A stretch of 64,000 nt of DNA from the human T2T-CHM13v2.0 reference genome, Homo sapiens (GCF_009914755.1 NC_060935.1); one strand, 5' to 3'; counted from the first letter of the stretch, positions 1-15,803 are shown. Made by a program: numbers and translations. Notes: generated by a model not told the origin, from the letters alone.

Positions 1-301
1 CTGTATATGTGAACATATACTTGATAAACAAATATAGTTTTATTTTTTTCTTTCCGAGGAAGCTTTCATTTTTTTAAGTTTTATTCTGTTTTCTTGTCTT
101 ATTGCATTATAAATGAGTGTTGAACTTTGTCAAATGCTTGCTACCTCTATTGATATGATCATGTAATTTTTCCTTTTTAGCCTGTTGATGTGATGGACTA
201 CACTAAAACTATTCTATTTGTTTATATGTTTGAAATTTCCAATGACAAAAAGTCAACAAAATGTTTTCTGTTGTATTCTCTATTTAAATTTTATCAACAA
301 G

Positions 302-645
302 TGTGATGTTTAATTTTATGTGTCAACTTGGCTAGGCTATAGTACCCAGTTGTTCAGTTTTATACTAATCTAGGTGTTGTTATGAAGGCATTGATGGATA
401 TACTTAACATTTACAATCAGCTGATTTTTAAGTAAAGGAGATTACTCTTGATAATGTGGATAGACTTATCCAATCAACTGATAACCCTTAAGAGTGAAAC
501 TTGAGATTTCCCCAAAAGAAAGAAATTTGGTCTCAAGCTTGCAACATCATCTCCAGCCTGTGTGTTTCAGCCTATGGGTCTAACCTGCAAATCTCTGACT
601 TGCTAGTCCCCACAACTGGGTGAGTCAGTTCTTTCAAATAAATCT
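302..645 (+). mobile_element. MLT2D-like ERVL solo LTR
   Basis: Starts TGTGATGTTTAATTTTATGTGTCAACTTGGCTAGGCTAT and contains AAGTAAAGGAGATTAC and GTGAGTCAGTTCTT..AATAAATCT, as in the MLT2 consensus. The 3' end decays into a TA-rich tract. Confidence 0.8.
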
Positions 646-2871
646 ATACATGTATATTTATGTATGTATATCCTTAAAGAATGAATTTATCATGGTAGAA
701 ACTTGAGGTCAGTGACAGATTTTCAGACAGAACACTGTGTCTGAAAATAGCGCTGTGCCCTTCAACCCACTTGCCAAAGACGTATGTCTACGTCATAAGG
801 TAAAACTTGTTCTGATGTTGTTAAATGATACACTTAAATTATGATAAAGACAATTTAATATGTTACACTATTAGAGTACTTCTAATTTTTATACAAAGTA
901 TATAAAGTTGCTATCTATGACCCTATATATAACTGGATCACTAAAACACCTAATTACATCATTTTTTGGTATTTTCAAAGCTCAACAGATAAAAAAATCA
1001 CAATATTAACAACGCTGTTTCATTGCCTGAGATCTTCTCCAATACACTTAGAGAACTTCGGTGCACTGGAGAACCTAAGTCTCAAAGGCAAGTAGTGACA
1101 ATACAAGATATCGGCAAATGAGGGCACTAATTTTCAAAGAGGCTAAATGTTTGCCAGCAATACATAGCAGAAATGTTATATTACTGCCATATTCTTAAAT
1201 TGCTGTACATACTAAAATTACTTTGGGGAGAATTTTCCAAGTATGTAATCCTAACTCACCCTGTACAAACTAACCAAATCAGAGAGGAATCCAAGCTGGT
1301 ATGCTATAAAAATGTTTCCTAAGTCATCCTTTGGGTAATCTGTTTAAGAGCTTCTACATTACCTACAGATATTCCAAACCACAGGCCAGTGTTATTTTCT
1401 GCTGTCTCTTTCCACTTATAGATGGAAGCATCTGAGAAGCATTCATAGTGAGCCAAATGACTTAGAGGAGGGATTTCTTATTTTTCTTATCAATCATTAT
1501 GGAACCGAAGTGTCTGCCTCTGTGCATTTAATAAAGTTACTGCATGCAAAATTAATAAGATATTTACCTTAGAAGCAAAATTATATCAAGTTATATATTT
1601 GTTCTGGTAACATGCAATTATCCATTATTTTGATTAAAATGTTCATTTTCTTTAGATCACATACATGCATCATATGAGTTGGAATGTATGTTACATATTC
1701 TGGGGACATTTCAGATGAATATATGGAGATGAACTGCAATAGGAACATCTACATATACATGTGGAGACTGACACCTTAAATAATTTCCATGGTGACTCCA
1801 GAGAGAATATAAAAGCCCCTTCTGTTTCACTGTTCTCTTTTTCTCACCCTTCTGCTGTATGGCTCCTGATTTAAACAATAACAGATAACAAGATTAATAA
1901 AGCACAGGCTTTTTAATGAAATCATGTTTGGTATCAAGCCCTTTAACTTTCTAATCTGTTTTCAGCAGCTGTAAGTGCTGCACAGTCACTTTCAGTATCT
2001 CTCCAGAGAGCACAGAAAGACATTTCTTCTATCTTTGATCTGTTTCTTGTCACTGGAAATTATCTGCAAGAAATGCTCCAACAGAATTTTTTTCTGCTAG
2101 TGTTATTATGGTACCAAGAAATAAAGTTGTTTCAGGTCCTTTGTTTAAAATCAGCACTTGCTTTGGATACTGCATGCTCAGCACTTAAGCAGCATCCAGT
2201 GAAGCAAAGCCATTGCTAAGTATAAATAATAATCCCAGAGAGCTTGTCTACGTCCTTTAGGCTCTTATATTTAAGACAGCACTACCATGGATAAATAGGG
2301 GCAGAAAGACACATCATTGAAATAGTAAGTGACTAATTGATGAGAAAGGTTTTCACCTAGTACACAGTTTAAAGTTAAGTGGTTTTTAAAAATGGGGTGA
2401 ACTCAGCTGATTGGGTTACCCTGGAGAAGAGCAAGCCATTATTGCATTTATGTCACCCTGGTGATAGCCAAGTCACATTGATAGAAGCCTATGTTTATTC
2501 TGTATATTTCTGACAGATATTTTCTCTTCAGATGAGTAGTCACACCACATTCAGGTGTCACTTTCCTTCTTTCTTCCAAATTCTCCTGTGTCCTCAAGAC
2601 AACCAATGCAATGGTCTCATCAGGATGGTCAGACCTTTCCCCTATTATTTGGGGCTTGCCCCTGCAAAAGTCGCATTACCCCTGAAATTCCATTTGTGAC
2701 ACAGTCTTCTCAGGTGCAGAGAAAACTTACATTTCCTATGGGAATAAAGTTGGCACTATGCACTTAACTTTAGTCAAGCTGTAAGTAAATGATCAGAATG
2801 AATTGTTAATCTTATAAAATCAGTAATTTACTGGGCATTCTCTTACTGTTTCAATTCAGTTTCCCTGCTGA

Positions 2872-3159
2872 TTCATTCACAGTTTTGATGGCTAGAAGTC
2901 CAAGATCAGAGTGCTCTCATGGCTGGATTATGCTAGATGCCTCATGGTTTACAAATGACTGTCTATTGTTTTCTTACATGGCAGAGAGATAAACAGAGGA
3001 GCTTTCATCATCTTCTATGAAGGACAACAATCTTATTAAGGAGGCTCCAAACTCAGAATCTAATTACCTCCCAAGACCCCACTTCCTAACACCATCTCAC
3101 TGGGGGCTAAGGTATCAATATATGAGCTTGGGTGGGACATAAATATTTAGTTCATAGCA
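2872..3159 (-). mobile_element. MLT1A/MLT1A0-like MaLR LTR (partial)
   Basis: GGCTAGAAGTCCAAGATCA ... TAATTACCTCCCAAGACCCCACTTCCTAACACCATC ... TTAGTTCATAGCA is the reverse complement of the MLT1A start (TGCTATG..). Confidence 0.75.
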
Positions 3160-3249
3160 GCTCAGAACTGCTGAAGATAGAAGTGTGTATTAAACAGTTT
3201 CTGCCTTCAAGGGGCTTTGAGCATGTTAAAGATATAAATAAAATAACTC

Positions 3250-3561
<312 letters not shown>

Positions 3562-4049
3562 TCAATAGCAAAGGCCCACTACTATTCAAAATCAGTATTC
3601 TACGGAGCTGAATGATGTGGAAGATGGAAGAAAGAACACATCACATTGTATTCTGTATTTACATGCCAGTGATTTACATATATTAGTATTTATTACTCTC
3701 TTTTAATAATAGTGGAAATAAATTTCCATACTTTATAAGGAAGAAAACCAAGGCTCAGAACACTGAATAACTTAATGGTTGAGATTGGAATTCAGGTTTC
3801 TGATTCTTTTTTCTAGAATTCGTGAAGAAATTGGAATTCGAGATGAAAGAAGAATAATAAGAAGAAAATGATTTGAACTCACAGACAGCAGTAGTAAGGA
3901 TAATTTTAACCAGTGACAAGGGAGGAGAAGAAATACAGGGAAAAAATGCACATGGTATTTTTAAGGGAATAGTGAATAAATCACCCTCTTTGAAACAGTG
4001 GTGTCTTGTTGGTTCTAACAGCAAAACATAAACATTTGCTATTATTTGC

Positions 4050-4190
4050 CCAGAGTTTTAACATTTGCAGAATAATTTTACACATATTATTTTGTTTCAG
4101 GTTTATGATAACCCTGTGAGTTAAGTAGAGAAGATATTTTTATTAATATTCTCCCTATCATAGATGAAAAACCTGAGGCCGAAATTCGAC
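4050..4190 (-). mobile_element. MIR fragment
   Basis: ATAACCCTGTGAG...CCCTATCATAGATGAAAACCTGAGGC resembles the reverse-complemented MIR core. Confidence 0.55.
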
Positions 4191-4419
4191 CATGGGAACA
4201 AGATCCTAAAATTAATAATGGACTAGGACAAATGCTGAATATGGCTCTATAGTATACACATTTTCCAAATTACTTTTGAAATATCCTTGTATCATGGGGT
4301 TTAAACAGAAATTCAAACTTCAGTCAAAGAAATCACAAAGATGAAGTTGTCACTGAGTAAGTGGTACAGTAACGTGATCTTGGAGACCCCCCACTAAAAT
4401 GTAATGATTCTGTCAATTA

Positions 4420-4913
4420 CAGTTGACCCTTGACCAATGTGAGGGTTAGGGTCATTGATGCCCCCAACACAGTCAAAAATCCATGTATAATTTTTGACTA
4501 CCCCAGAACTTAACCACTAGCAGCCTACTGTTGTCTAGAAGCCTTGCTGATAACATAGTCGATTAACACATATTTTGTATTTTATATGTATTATATACTG
4601 TATTATTACAATAAAGTAAGCTAGAGAAAAGAAAATGTTACTACCAAAATCACAGAGGAAGAGCAAGTATATTTTCTTTATTAAGTGGAATTGGATCATC
4701 ACAAAGCTCTTTATCCTTTTTGTCTTCACACTGAGTAGGCTGAAGAGAAGGAGGAAGAGGGGGATTGGTCTTGCTGTGAGGTGGCAGGGGTAGAAAAGTT
4801 GGATGAAATGGAAGTTGAGAGCCAGGCACATCTGGTGTAGCTTTTATTGAAAAAAAATATTGCATGTAAGTGGACGCAAGCATTTCAAACCCTTGTTGTC
4901 TGAGGATCAACCG
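4420..4913. mobile_element. Tigger2-family (Tigger2a/MER28-like) non-autonomous TcMar DNA transposon
   Basis: Left TIR TA|CAGTTGACCCTTGA and a degenerate right TIR GGATCAACCG|CA. Internal AATAAAGTAAGCTAGAGAAAAGAAAATGTTA is typical of Tigger2. Confidence 0.85.
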
Positions 4914-6249
4914 CACTAAAGAAAACTGTTCATGTCATCAAAACTATTCAATAACTTAGCCCATACTTTTCTCTTTGTTTGTGTGTGTATTTTTCACACC
5001 AAGCATAGTGCCTAATACCTAAAAGTCATGTGGAAAATAACAGTGGTGCTATTGAACCACCAGTGTTGGATGTAATTAATGTAATTATTACCATTTTGTG
5101 TTGAAGGTACCATGGCTTTCAGAAATGAGGTGTTTTTCTCAGACCTGGTAAGTAGTATAGCTATTAGGATCCAGATTTGAATAAAGATCTGACTAAATGC
5201 AAAAACCTTGGTTTGTTTCTGTTGTGAAATTATTATAAAATGAATTGGTGCCAGATGATGAACTCATACATGAGAATTTGAACAGTCTAATTTCTAGCCA
5301 GCACCAGGAATCACCAAATCTCTTTGGTCTTTGTTGCTGTTGCTGCCATCAGTCCTTTTGGTCATGTGGGACTCTTGAAACTGTGCTCTCCGTAAAGAGA
5401 TAGATGCTGCTTATCCTTTCTGATGGTCTAGTCCTGCTGGCCCAATTCCCCAGCCAGAACTCTGCAAGCTTTTGAGGCAAGATGATTCTACTGCCTATGA
5501 GCTAAGCCAAGTCAAGGGGACTTTGTCTGGAATAACGGGTTAGTAGAACTCAGTGCTCAGCTCTGTCAAATCCAGAGACACCTACAGATACCAGCTACCC
5601 TAGAAGTTGTTCTGGCACCTGCCATTTGTAGACCTGCAGTCTATATATTATTTCTCTTCAGGGATTCACATGACCATAATTAATGCTGATTTTTGTGTGG
5701 GTTTCTTTAATCTCTCAAAAATGTTAATTGTACCCACTTTCTCAGTGAATCATGGTGGAATGGTGTCCAAATACCTGTGCCTTAGCTGTGTTGGCTTTAT
5801 TAAACCTCTTAAGTCCTCACTAACTCAGCCCTTTCCAGTCCTTTCTTGGGGAGTTACTTTTTGTGGCTTAAGGGTGATGTCAAAGAATTAGACAATCAAC
5901 TTCATAAACTACTTATTGGGCTCAGAGTGGGAAAGATAAAATGTTGGGGTGGGGGTTTAGGGATAAAACAAAAGTACAATTTTTTCTGGAGCATCAGCTT
6001 CACTATCCCCCAAAGAAGTTTCTTACCCTCCCCTTCACTAGTTATCTCCAGAAAGTGGGGGAAATAGGCAGTCTTCCAGGCAGGTATACCAGAACTGTCC
6101 AGGACTGGGTTCTCCAGAAAAATAGCTTGTATGTATTGAAACAGTGTATCGCTGTATAGATGTCTTTTTCTCAACAGTCTTCAAAGGCAATGGAAGCAGG
6201 GCAGCATTTTGAATGAATTTCAGACTATGAACTTAATTCACCACACGGG

Positions 6250-6352
6250 CATATATATATATATACATATATATATATACACACACATATATATATACAT
6301 ATATATACATATATACACACACACATACATATATACACATATATATATATAT
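6250..6352. repeat. (TA)n/(CA)n compound microsatellite
   Basis: Alternating TA/CA tract seen directly. Confidence 0.95.
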
Positions 6353-8708
6353 GGACACATTGTAAGCTTCTTAAGGGCAAAAATCAAGTTATATGAATCA
6401 CTCTTATCAATAATGCTGAACCCATATCCTAGTGCATAGTTTATCCATAACAGATGTTTGCCAAAAAATGTTGCTTAATAATTAGATAAATATTCAGCAC
6501 ACATAAAAATGTTTATTTTTTTCTGAACTGCAAATGATTTCTGGAACATTTCAGAGATCACATTGATCCACTCTTAAAAGCATTCCTATTGTTTGCTATA
6601 TAATTTGTACCTTCATATCTAAGAGAATATTATCTGAAATATAACCAAAAATTTCCACAGAAAGAACCCTATTATTAAATAGATGCTCAAATTCAAGAAT
6701 ATCCAAAATATGCAAGTTACAGACAACTTTAAATTGTAAAATAACTTAGATTCATTTGCAATTCAACAATAATTAAGTTAATAAGACTTGTATTACGAAT
6801 ATTATTAACTTCAAATAACTCTATATAGGCACAAGTCATCAGATTATTTACAGGACTTCAGTTCATTTGTGATATATAGACTTTTGAGGCAATACTACTA
6901 TTTTAGAGAATGCTATTCTGTGTAAAGTAATATTTAAAATACCATCTAGGTTCCACATATTAAAATACATTTTGATGGCCCAAGTAGTGCATGGTGACCT
7001 TCAGAAAATAAACTCTGTGTCTCAGATTTGTGTACTAATAAATAAAGATCAAGTAACAACCTCAGGGTATTTCTAAGAAGTACATCATGTTACATACAAT
7101 ACAGGCTTAGGTCCACGACTGATATACATTAAACTTGCAGTAAGTTAACATTTGTCATCATTGTTTTTTATAAAGTATTCTGCTTTTATATTCAGGATTT
7201 CAAAATTTCAATTATTTCTAAACACCTGGAAATCTATGTTGGTTTATTTTATTAGTAAATTTCCTGTTTTCCTTTTCCTCTACCTCTCCAGTATTCAATA
7301 AGGATATCATTAACCATTAGTCCAGGTTATTATGTTTTTCCAAGAAGCATATGGCAATGATTTTACCTACAGGGGAAAGGTAAAGAAATTGAAGACGGTA
7401 AGAATAGTCACCTGCTGCTACTTGAAAAAATGTTAAGAATTAATACAACTTTGCAGGCTGATAGAAGTTTTTAGGCCCATTAGGTTTGATAATTACTAGC
7501 AAAACTCTTTTAAAAATATGTAAATTGTAAGTCCTTCTCTGCCTTCATTATCACGATGTTATTCAGTCGCCCTCAAATAGTCATCCTATAGTACTTAATA
7601 TAGAGAACAACACATTGTGGAAATAATTCATGAGGAGACTGAGATTTTTGGCAACTATTTCTTCCCTTGACCTTGATCAAATTGTTTCCCCAAGTAAAAA
7701 CCTAAAGATAACTATAACTGCCAGCCAGCTTTGGGGTGTTCTAAGGTTTAGAGGGCCTTACAAATTCCTTGAGTAACCGTAGGAACAATGATACACGCAA
7801 AGGTAAGTTATTATTGAATGTTCTGTATCATTGAAACTTTCTACTCCCCTTCTCCTAACCTGAATATATGCAGTAGAGCTGAACAAAGAGAGGAGATATT
7901 TGGAGGGGAGAGAAGGTGGAACAGCAGCAAAGAGTACAGTGTTTTCATATTTAGCATACACAACTGGTTTGTGTAGCAAGGAAAGAAATCACAAGTAGAT
8001 ATAAGTCATCCCACAAAGTATACAACAATAGCAAACATGAACGTGAATTCAGTATGTTGGCTTAAAATTAGTTCATATAAATCATGCATTTCCAAATAAT
8101 TGCCTTCAAATTGCTTGTTTTAACTCACAGTAATTATACTCTATGCACACTTTTTTCTACTTTACTTAAAACAAATGAGCCATTTCAAGCCTCAATGGCT
8201 TTCTTTTGAACCACAGTAAATACTGTAGTGCATGAATTATTATATTTGTGATAAATATGTGTTGTCTTTGTATTACGTTCTAACTACATAATTTAGCAAT
8301 TCTTTAGTTCTTTACTTCTTTAATCTCACTGTGTATATACTTTTTTATATATATGCGTTAGAAATGTACTGATACAGATTTATGTATAAATAAGTGATAT
8401 TAATTTTTAATTTACTGACAATTTTTCTCACATAAAACAATATATTCACTTTTGTTAGGATTTTTTGTTGTTTTGTTTCTTTGATTTTTTTTAATTTTGG
8501 TAAATCCCTCATGTTTCTAACTTTCTAATCTTTTTGGTAAATATTTATAATACATATGGTGTGTGTATGTGTGTGTGTATCATTCATATATATATGTACA
8601 GATATATGGACATTATACATACACATTAATGGAATAAATATGAATTTAATTTTACATGAGAATTTTTAAATATGTCTTAAAATAACACTATAAGGCAATC
8701 AAAAATTA

Positions 8709-9440
<732 letters not shown>

Positions 9441-11969
9441 CAAATATACCAATAAAAGTTTGCATGCTTACTAGCCAGCATATGCATTTATTATGTCAAC
9501 AGTTTTGCAATCACTACTGACTACATTTCAAAGTTTCTATTTTATGTTATTTAGAATGGATTATTATTAACGTTTTAAGATATACATTATCTAATATATA
9601 TCATTTGCCTTTGATACATCAATTCTTCCTATGATTGGAGAAAAGAAAGCCAAACAATAGACTCTCAATTTGATCTGCTGGTATCAACTTCTTTTTTTCA
9701 TCTTTTTAATCTTCTAAATTATATATTGTGTTAAAACACTTTTCACTTTGAAAATTATACATATTTACAATTTTATTTTTAAAAATTAATGCTGTCATTT
9801 TAAATAAGTGATTATTTTAAAATATAAGTGCAATAAAATTTAGAGTTAAGACATTGAAATATCTATCAGATTAGAGAGCCAACAAAGGAAAACCTCCAAA
9901 GAATTTCATAATGTCTTGAAGAAGTAGAAATTCTGCATAATTTGGGGACAGAATATCATAGTAGAGAGATATCTGTAGAGCCACATTAACAATACATATA
10001 GAACAGTCCATAATTTCTGAAATCTCTTGCTTTTCTTCCTAGAACAGTTACAGTGTTTGTCAAGGTACTGATATAATCAATTTATTAGATGATAGTAAAT
10101 ATCAAATAGCCTGAAGATATTTGAAATTCAAGCAGCATATTATTCTTTCTAGAATGTAATGACTGGTTTAGCTTGGAACTCTTCTGATTTTGCTGTTGCC
10201 TCTAGCATTTATAGAGAAGATTTTACTATTTTTAAATTTTCTTTAATTTGTTTATTTGCATATGTGGGCTGATTAATTTTCTCCTTATTATTAATATTTG
10301 TCTGCATCTGTTGTTATGTTACTGAAAACCATGTAAAATATGTCAGAAAACAGATATACTAAAAATGTGAGAAGACTTTCAGAAAATATTGAGATGATTT
10401 TGTAAACTTTGAGAAAGACAAACAAATTTATACCCTGCTTTATAGAGCAGATTTTCAAACAAAAGCACATTACATTGTTTCTAAATAAAGTTACACTCAA
10501 AATCTTCTGGGGTCTCTTCCATTTGGCAAATACTATCTATCCAAAGATTAACAAATACATAAAACTGGTAATATTCCCACACTATATAATACTTTGTAGT
10601 GAGCTATTTTGCAAATATATGCTTGAAGATGATAAGATGTCCCTATATTTTTTAACAGCCAAAGAAGATTTGTGATTATTAGAAGGGAAAAGACCCATAA
10701 TTGTCATTACTAATTAATTTATCATAAAATTAATAAACTTACCTTTTGTTTTATTGAATTACTATCTTATTTACCCGACAAAATATAAGCATGGTTAAAA
10801 TAATCTCTTTATTATTTAATATTTATATGTCAGTCTTTTTGAAGCCTATTTAAAGTGAGCTAACTTATCTTCTGCATGGCACCATGGAGATTCTGAAAGT
10901 GACTCAGGCTAGATTCAGGGAGAACCAGGAAAGTGGGTCAAATGGTATCTCTAGGGTTGGAAACACAATTATCTGACCTGATAAAAATGATTGCAGCTGT
11001 TGTCTCTTAATGTGTAACGTATGTTCCACAGTTCTTAGAGCAACCCTGAGTTGAAAGAGAAGTTCTAATATGAGAAATATCAAAATGTTATTTTATTTTA
11101 AGAAAAATATAAACTGTATTATTTGCCTATTCCTTGTCACCATTATAGTATCTTTTCTCTTTTCTGTCTTTTTTGGTTGTTGTTGTTGCTTAAACTTGGA
11201 AGAAATATCAGATTCCTCATGTAATGCAAAGCACTTTCACAAATTCCCCTAAATTGTGGACTTAAAGACAACAGGACTGTGCATCTTCTCCAGGATTCCA
11301 GACATTTCTCTGTGGCATTTCTCTTCAGCTCACCATGTTTTATTCCAGTTATATAAGCAAAGCAAAAATAAATTAAAGAGCAATTTTAAAAGGCTAAGGT
11401 GGCAGTACTAAGTGCTGTTTAACTTATTTTGAAGATTTTCTTTTTACACTTCAGAGATGTTATTCTATTACGGGTACAGGTAAGAAAAAAAGTGCCAACT
11501 GACTGAACCTTGCCATATTATAAAACACTGTTCAAAAAAATCTTGTTTCATTCTCTAAATAGTCTAATTCTGCTTTTTTTTTCTTTTTTTGCTTCATACT
11601 TTTAGGTAAGACCTTCATTTATTTGCTTCAAAAACTAAAATAAATTGTTGAAGTTTAAGTATTCTGATAAAAGTGACTTAATTAGTAATTATTATATTGA
11701 GTATTGAGAAGACAGTAAGAAAGGAATTCATATTTATCCAAATGTGTGCAAATTACCTCATTTCAACATAGATTAAAATCAAATTTTTAACCAATATCTA
11801 AAAATCAGTCCCAGGAGAAGGAAGTGTCCCATTTTACTACAAATGTTGTTATAATTAAAAGTCATGTTTTTATGTATGTTAATATGAGTAAAATCTTCTC
11901 AATTTTTCTCAAAATATGACACAGTTTCATTCAAATAAAAGATTTATATCATTACTTTAAAAACCTGTA

Positions 11970-13066
11970 GAAATCTAAACTTCTCATTTGATGGAATGAC
12001 AGGAACTGGATTTACTTTCCCACCTGAAACTATGGAAAAAAATACAGAGAAAATATATGAAAGGATGGCATTCAAAACTGCAAAAGACAACCAATGATGC
12101 ACAGTGATCCTGAGACATGAGAAACAAATGAGGTAAACTCTATGATTGCCTCAGCTTACTGCACTGAAAGAGGTTCCTTGCCACCGCAGAGGGAGGAGGT
12201 GCATAACTAGAGCCAGGGAAAGTCTCTGAGTCAAAGGACATAGCTCAGAGTCACTGGAGAACAAGTTAGTTGAAGTGTGAAGGACAGAACACTGGAGAGA
12301 AGAGAAATGCACAGAAAGAACCATGAAGATCTGCAAAAGTTCTCTTGAGTATTCAACTGAGTGCTGATCATCACTTGCAAGTAAATAAAGTGTATGAAGC
12401 CAAGGGATGAATTGTCTGATGGATTACAAGGATCAGTTTCTCTTTTCTACAGAGGGGGTAAAACTGTATGTTCTCAGCCAGATTGGAAACGTTTATCATT
12501 TGTAGGACATTGGATAGATTAGTTAGAAGGACCTTGCCTCAGTAATGTGGAATAACTAGCCTTAGGGTAAATACTCATCAAGCCCTGCCAAACATATCAT
12601 AAAAGCAAGATTGGAAAAATCAAACTATTTTTAATTCGACTTGGTCACAGAAAAAATTCAAGAACATTTATCGGAGAATAAAAATATCCAACATCACACA
12701 AACTATATTTCATAATGTCTAGTATTCAATGAAATATTTCTAGCAATACAAAGAAGTCAGAAATTGTGATCCACAATGAGAAGAAATATTAATTGATCAA
12801 AACTAACCCACAAGTATTAGATTAGCAGACAAGGGAATTAAAACAGTTACTATAACAGTGTTTTGCAAAACATCAGTGGAACTAAATATAGAGTTCATAA
12901 ATAGATTTACAAAAATATGGCTAATCAATTTTTGTCAAAGATGTGAAAACAATTTAGTGGACAATTAACCTTTTCAACAAATAATGAGGAAGCAATTGCA
13001 TATCCATCTGCAAATAAATAATTTTGCACCTAAGTCTCATACTTCGTACCAAAATTATCTCAAAAT
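11970..13066 (+). mobile_element. Old L1M (L1MC/MD-type): 5' UTR joined to a distal ORF2 fragment
   Basis: The 5' UTR is homologous to the minus-strand copy at 43.3-43.9 kb (GATCTGCAAAAGTTCTCTTGAGTATTC). From ~12870 the sequence is late-ORF2-like (CCTTTTCAACAAATAATG, AAAATTATCTCAAAAT). Confidence 0.65.
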
Positions 13067-13472
13067 TCACATCAACAGAATGAAGGACCAAAAATATATG
13101 ATGATTTCAATAGAAGCCAAAAAAGCATTAAATAATATTCAGTATTCTTTCCTGATAAAAAATAAACAAACGTGTTATAAAAAGAATGAACCTCAACAGG
13201 ATAAAGCCCAAATACAACAAACCCACAACATGATATTGAACAGTGAAAAACTGAAAGCCTTCCCTGTAAGATCTGGAAAAGGAGAAGGATTCCCAGTTTC
13301 AACACTTTTATTGAACATAGTACTGAAACTCCTAGCCAGAGTAATTAGAAAAAAAGAAAGAAAGAAAGGGCACTCAAATTGGAAAGGAAGAAGTCAAACT
13401 ATCCTTGCTTGAAGATGATGCGATCTTACATTTAGAAAAACCTAATGACTCCACCAAAAGACTAGTAGAACT

Positions 13473-13835
13473 TGTATTAGTCTGTTCTCATGTTGTTGAC
13501 AAAGAAATACCTGAGACTGGGTAATTTATAAAGAAAAAGAGGTTTAGTGGACTCACAGTTCCACGTGGCTGGGGAGGCTTCACAATCATGGCAGAAGGCG
13601 AAAGACATGTCTTACATGGTGACAGGCAAAAAGAGAATGAAAACCAAGTGAAAGGGGATGCCCCTTATAAAACCATCAGATCTCATGAGACGTATTCACT
13701 GCCATGAGAACAGTATGAGGAAAATTGTTCCCATGATTCAATTATCTCCCACTGGGTTCCTCCCACAACATGTGGGAATTATGGGAACTATAATTCAAGA
13801 TGAGATTTGGGTGGGGAGACAGCCAAATCATATTA
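13473..13835 (-). mobile_element. THE1B solo LTR inserted in L1MA
   Basis: TGTATTAGTCTGTTCTCA...GGGAATTATGGGAACTATAATTCAAGATGAGATTTGGGTGGGG. TSD is GAACT/TAACT and the L1 sequence resumes colinearly. Confidence 0.88.
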
Positions 13836-15407
13836 TAACTGATAAATGAGTTCAATAAAATACAAAAAGAGATACAAAATCAACAAAAATCAGTAGTGTT
13901 TGTATAGACTAACACTATCTTTTCTATGAAAAAGAAACCAAAGAAACAATCTCATTTGTGGTAGCTACAAATAAAACAATACTTAAGAATAAACTTCAAT
14001 TAAGAAGTTTATTAGCTCTTAGGATACCTCACTTAAAGCATAAGATCTGTACAATGAAAACTATAAAATATTGATGAAAGAAATTGAAGAGGACACAAAA
14101 AAATGGAAAGACATATTAAAGAATCGACATTTTTTAAAATAAAGATCTGTTATTATTAAAATAGTCTTACTATTCTAAGAAATCTACAGATTTAATGTTA
14201 TCCTTATTCAAATACCCATGACATTCTCTACAAAAATACAAAAAGCAAATGCTAAAATTTGTATTAAACCACAAATGACCCAGAATAGCCAAAGTAATCC
14301 TGAGGGAAAAGATCAAAGCTGGAGACATCACATTACCCGACTTCAAATTTTACTACAAAGCTATAGTAACCAAAATAGCATGGCACTGCCATAAAAACAA
14401 GCACATAGACCAGTGGAACAGAGTAGAGAACACGGAAATAAATACACTTACAGTCAACTCATTTTTGACAAAGGCACCAATATATACATTGGGGAAAGGA
14501 CAGTCTCTTCTACAAATGGTGCTGAGAAAACTGAATATGCATATGCAGAAGAATGAAACTAGACCCCTATCTCTCACCATAGGCAAAAATTAAATCAAAA
14601 TGGGTTAAATATTTGAATATAAGCCCTGAAACTAGCAAATCCCTAGAAAAAAACTTTGGAGAAATGTTTCAGGACATTGGTCTGAGCAAAGATTTTTTTG
14701 TGTAAGTTCTCTAAAGCACGACCAAAGCAAAAATTGACAAGAGATCACATTAACTTAAAAACTTCTGCACAGCCAAGGGCACAATCAGAAAATGAAGAGA
14801 TTACCTGTAGAATGGGAGAAAACATTTGCAAACTATTCAAACAGGTAACAGATTAATAACTAGAATATATAAGGAACTTAAACAACTCAAGAGCAAGAGA
14901 TAAAATAATTAATCAAATTTAAAAATGGACAAAAGATCTGAACAGACGGTTCTCAAAGGAACATATACAAATAAATGGTCAACAGGTATACGAAAAAGTG
15001 TTCAGCATTACTAATCATCAGATAAATGCAAATAAAAACCACAATGAGTTAAAAACCACAATGAGTTACTATCTCACACTAGTTAAATGGCTTTTATCAA
15101 ATTGACAAAGAAATAATGGATGCTAGTGAAGATAGAGAGAAAGGCGAACACTTGGACAATGTTGGTGAAATTTAAATTAGTACAGCTACTATGGAAAAGA
15201 GTATGGAGCTTCCTCAAGAAAATAAAAATAAAACTACCATATGATCCACTGATCCCACTGCTGGGTATATATAAAAAAGAAAGTAAATCAGTGTATGAGA
15301 AAGCTATCTGTTTTCTTATGTTTATTGCAGCACTATTCACAATAGTTAAGATATAGAATCAACCTAAGTGTTCATCAATGCATGAATGCATTTAAAAAAT
15401 GTGGTAC

Positions 15408-15803
<396 letters not shown>

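Noticed and set aside
719-748. 11-bp stem hairpin ATTTTCAGACA/TGTCTGAAAAT with an 8-nt loop
   Set aside because: Too short for a pre-miRNA and plausible by chance in 64 kb of AT-rich DNA.
1955-2020. Minus-strand peptide EILKVTVQHLQLL resembling bHLH helix 2
   Set aside because: Bounded by stops, with no basic region or helix 1; treated as coincidence.
3806-3872. Acceptor-like TTCTTTTTTCTAG followed by a short charged peptide (IREEIGIRDERRIIRRK*)
   Set aside because: Very short, adjoins a MIR remnant, matches no protein I recognise, and has no linked upstream exon.
15034-15067. 17-bp tandem duplication in L1MA (similar small ones near 28356 and 50503)
   Set aside because: Ordinary slippage duplications.
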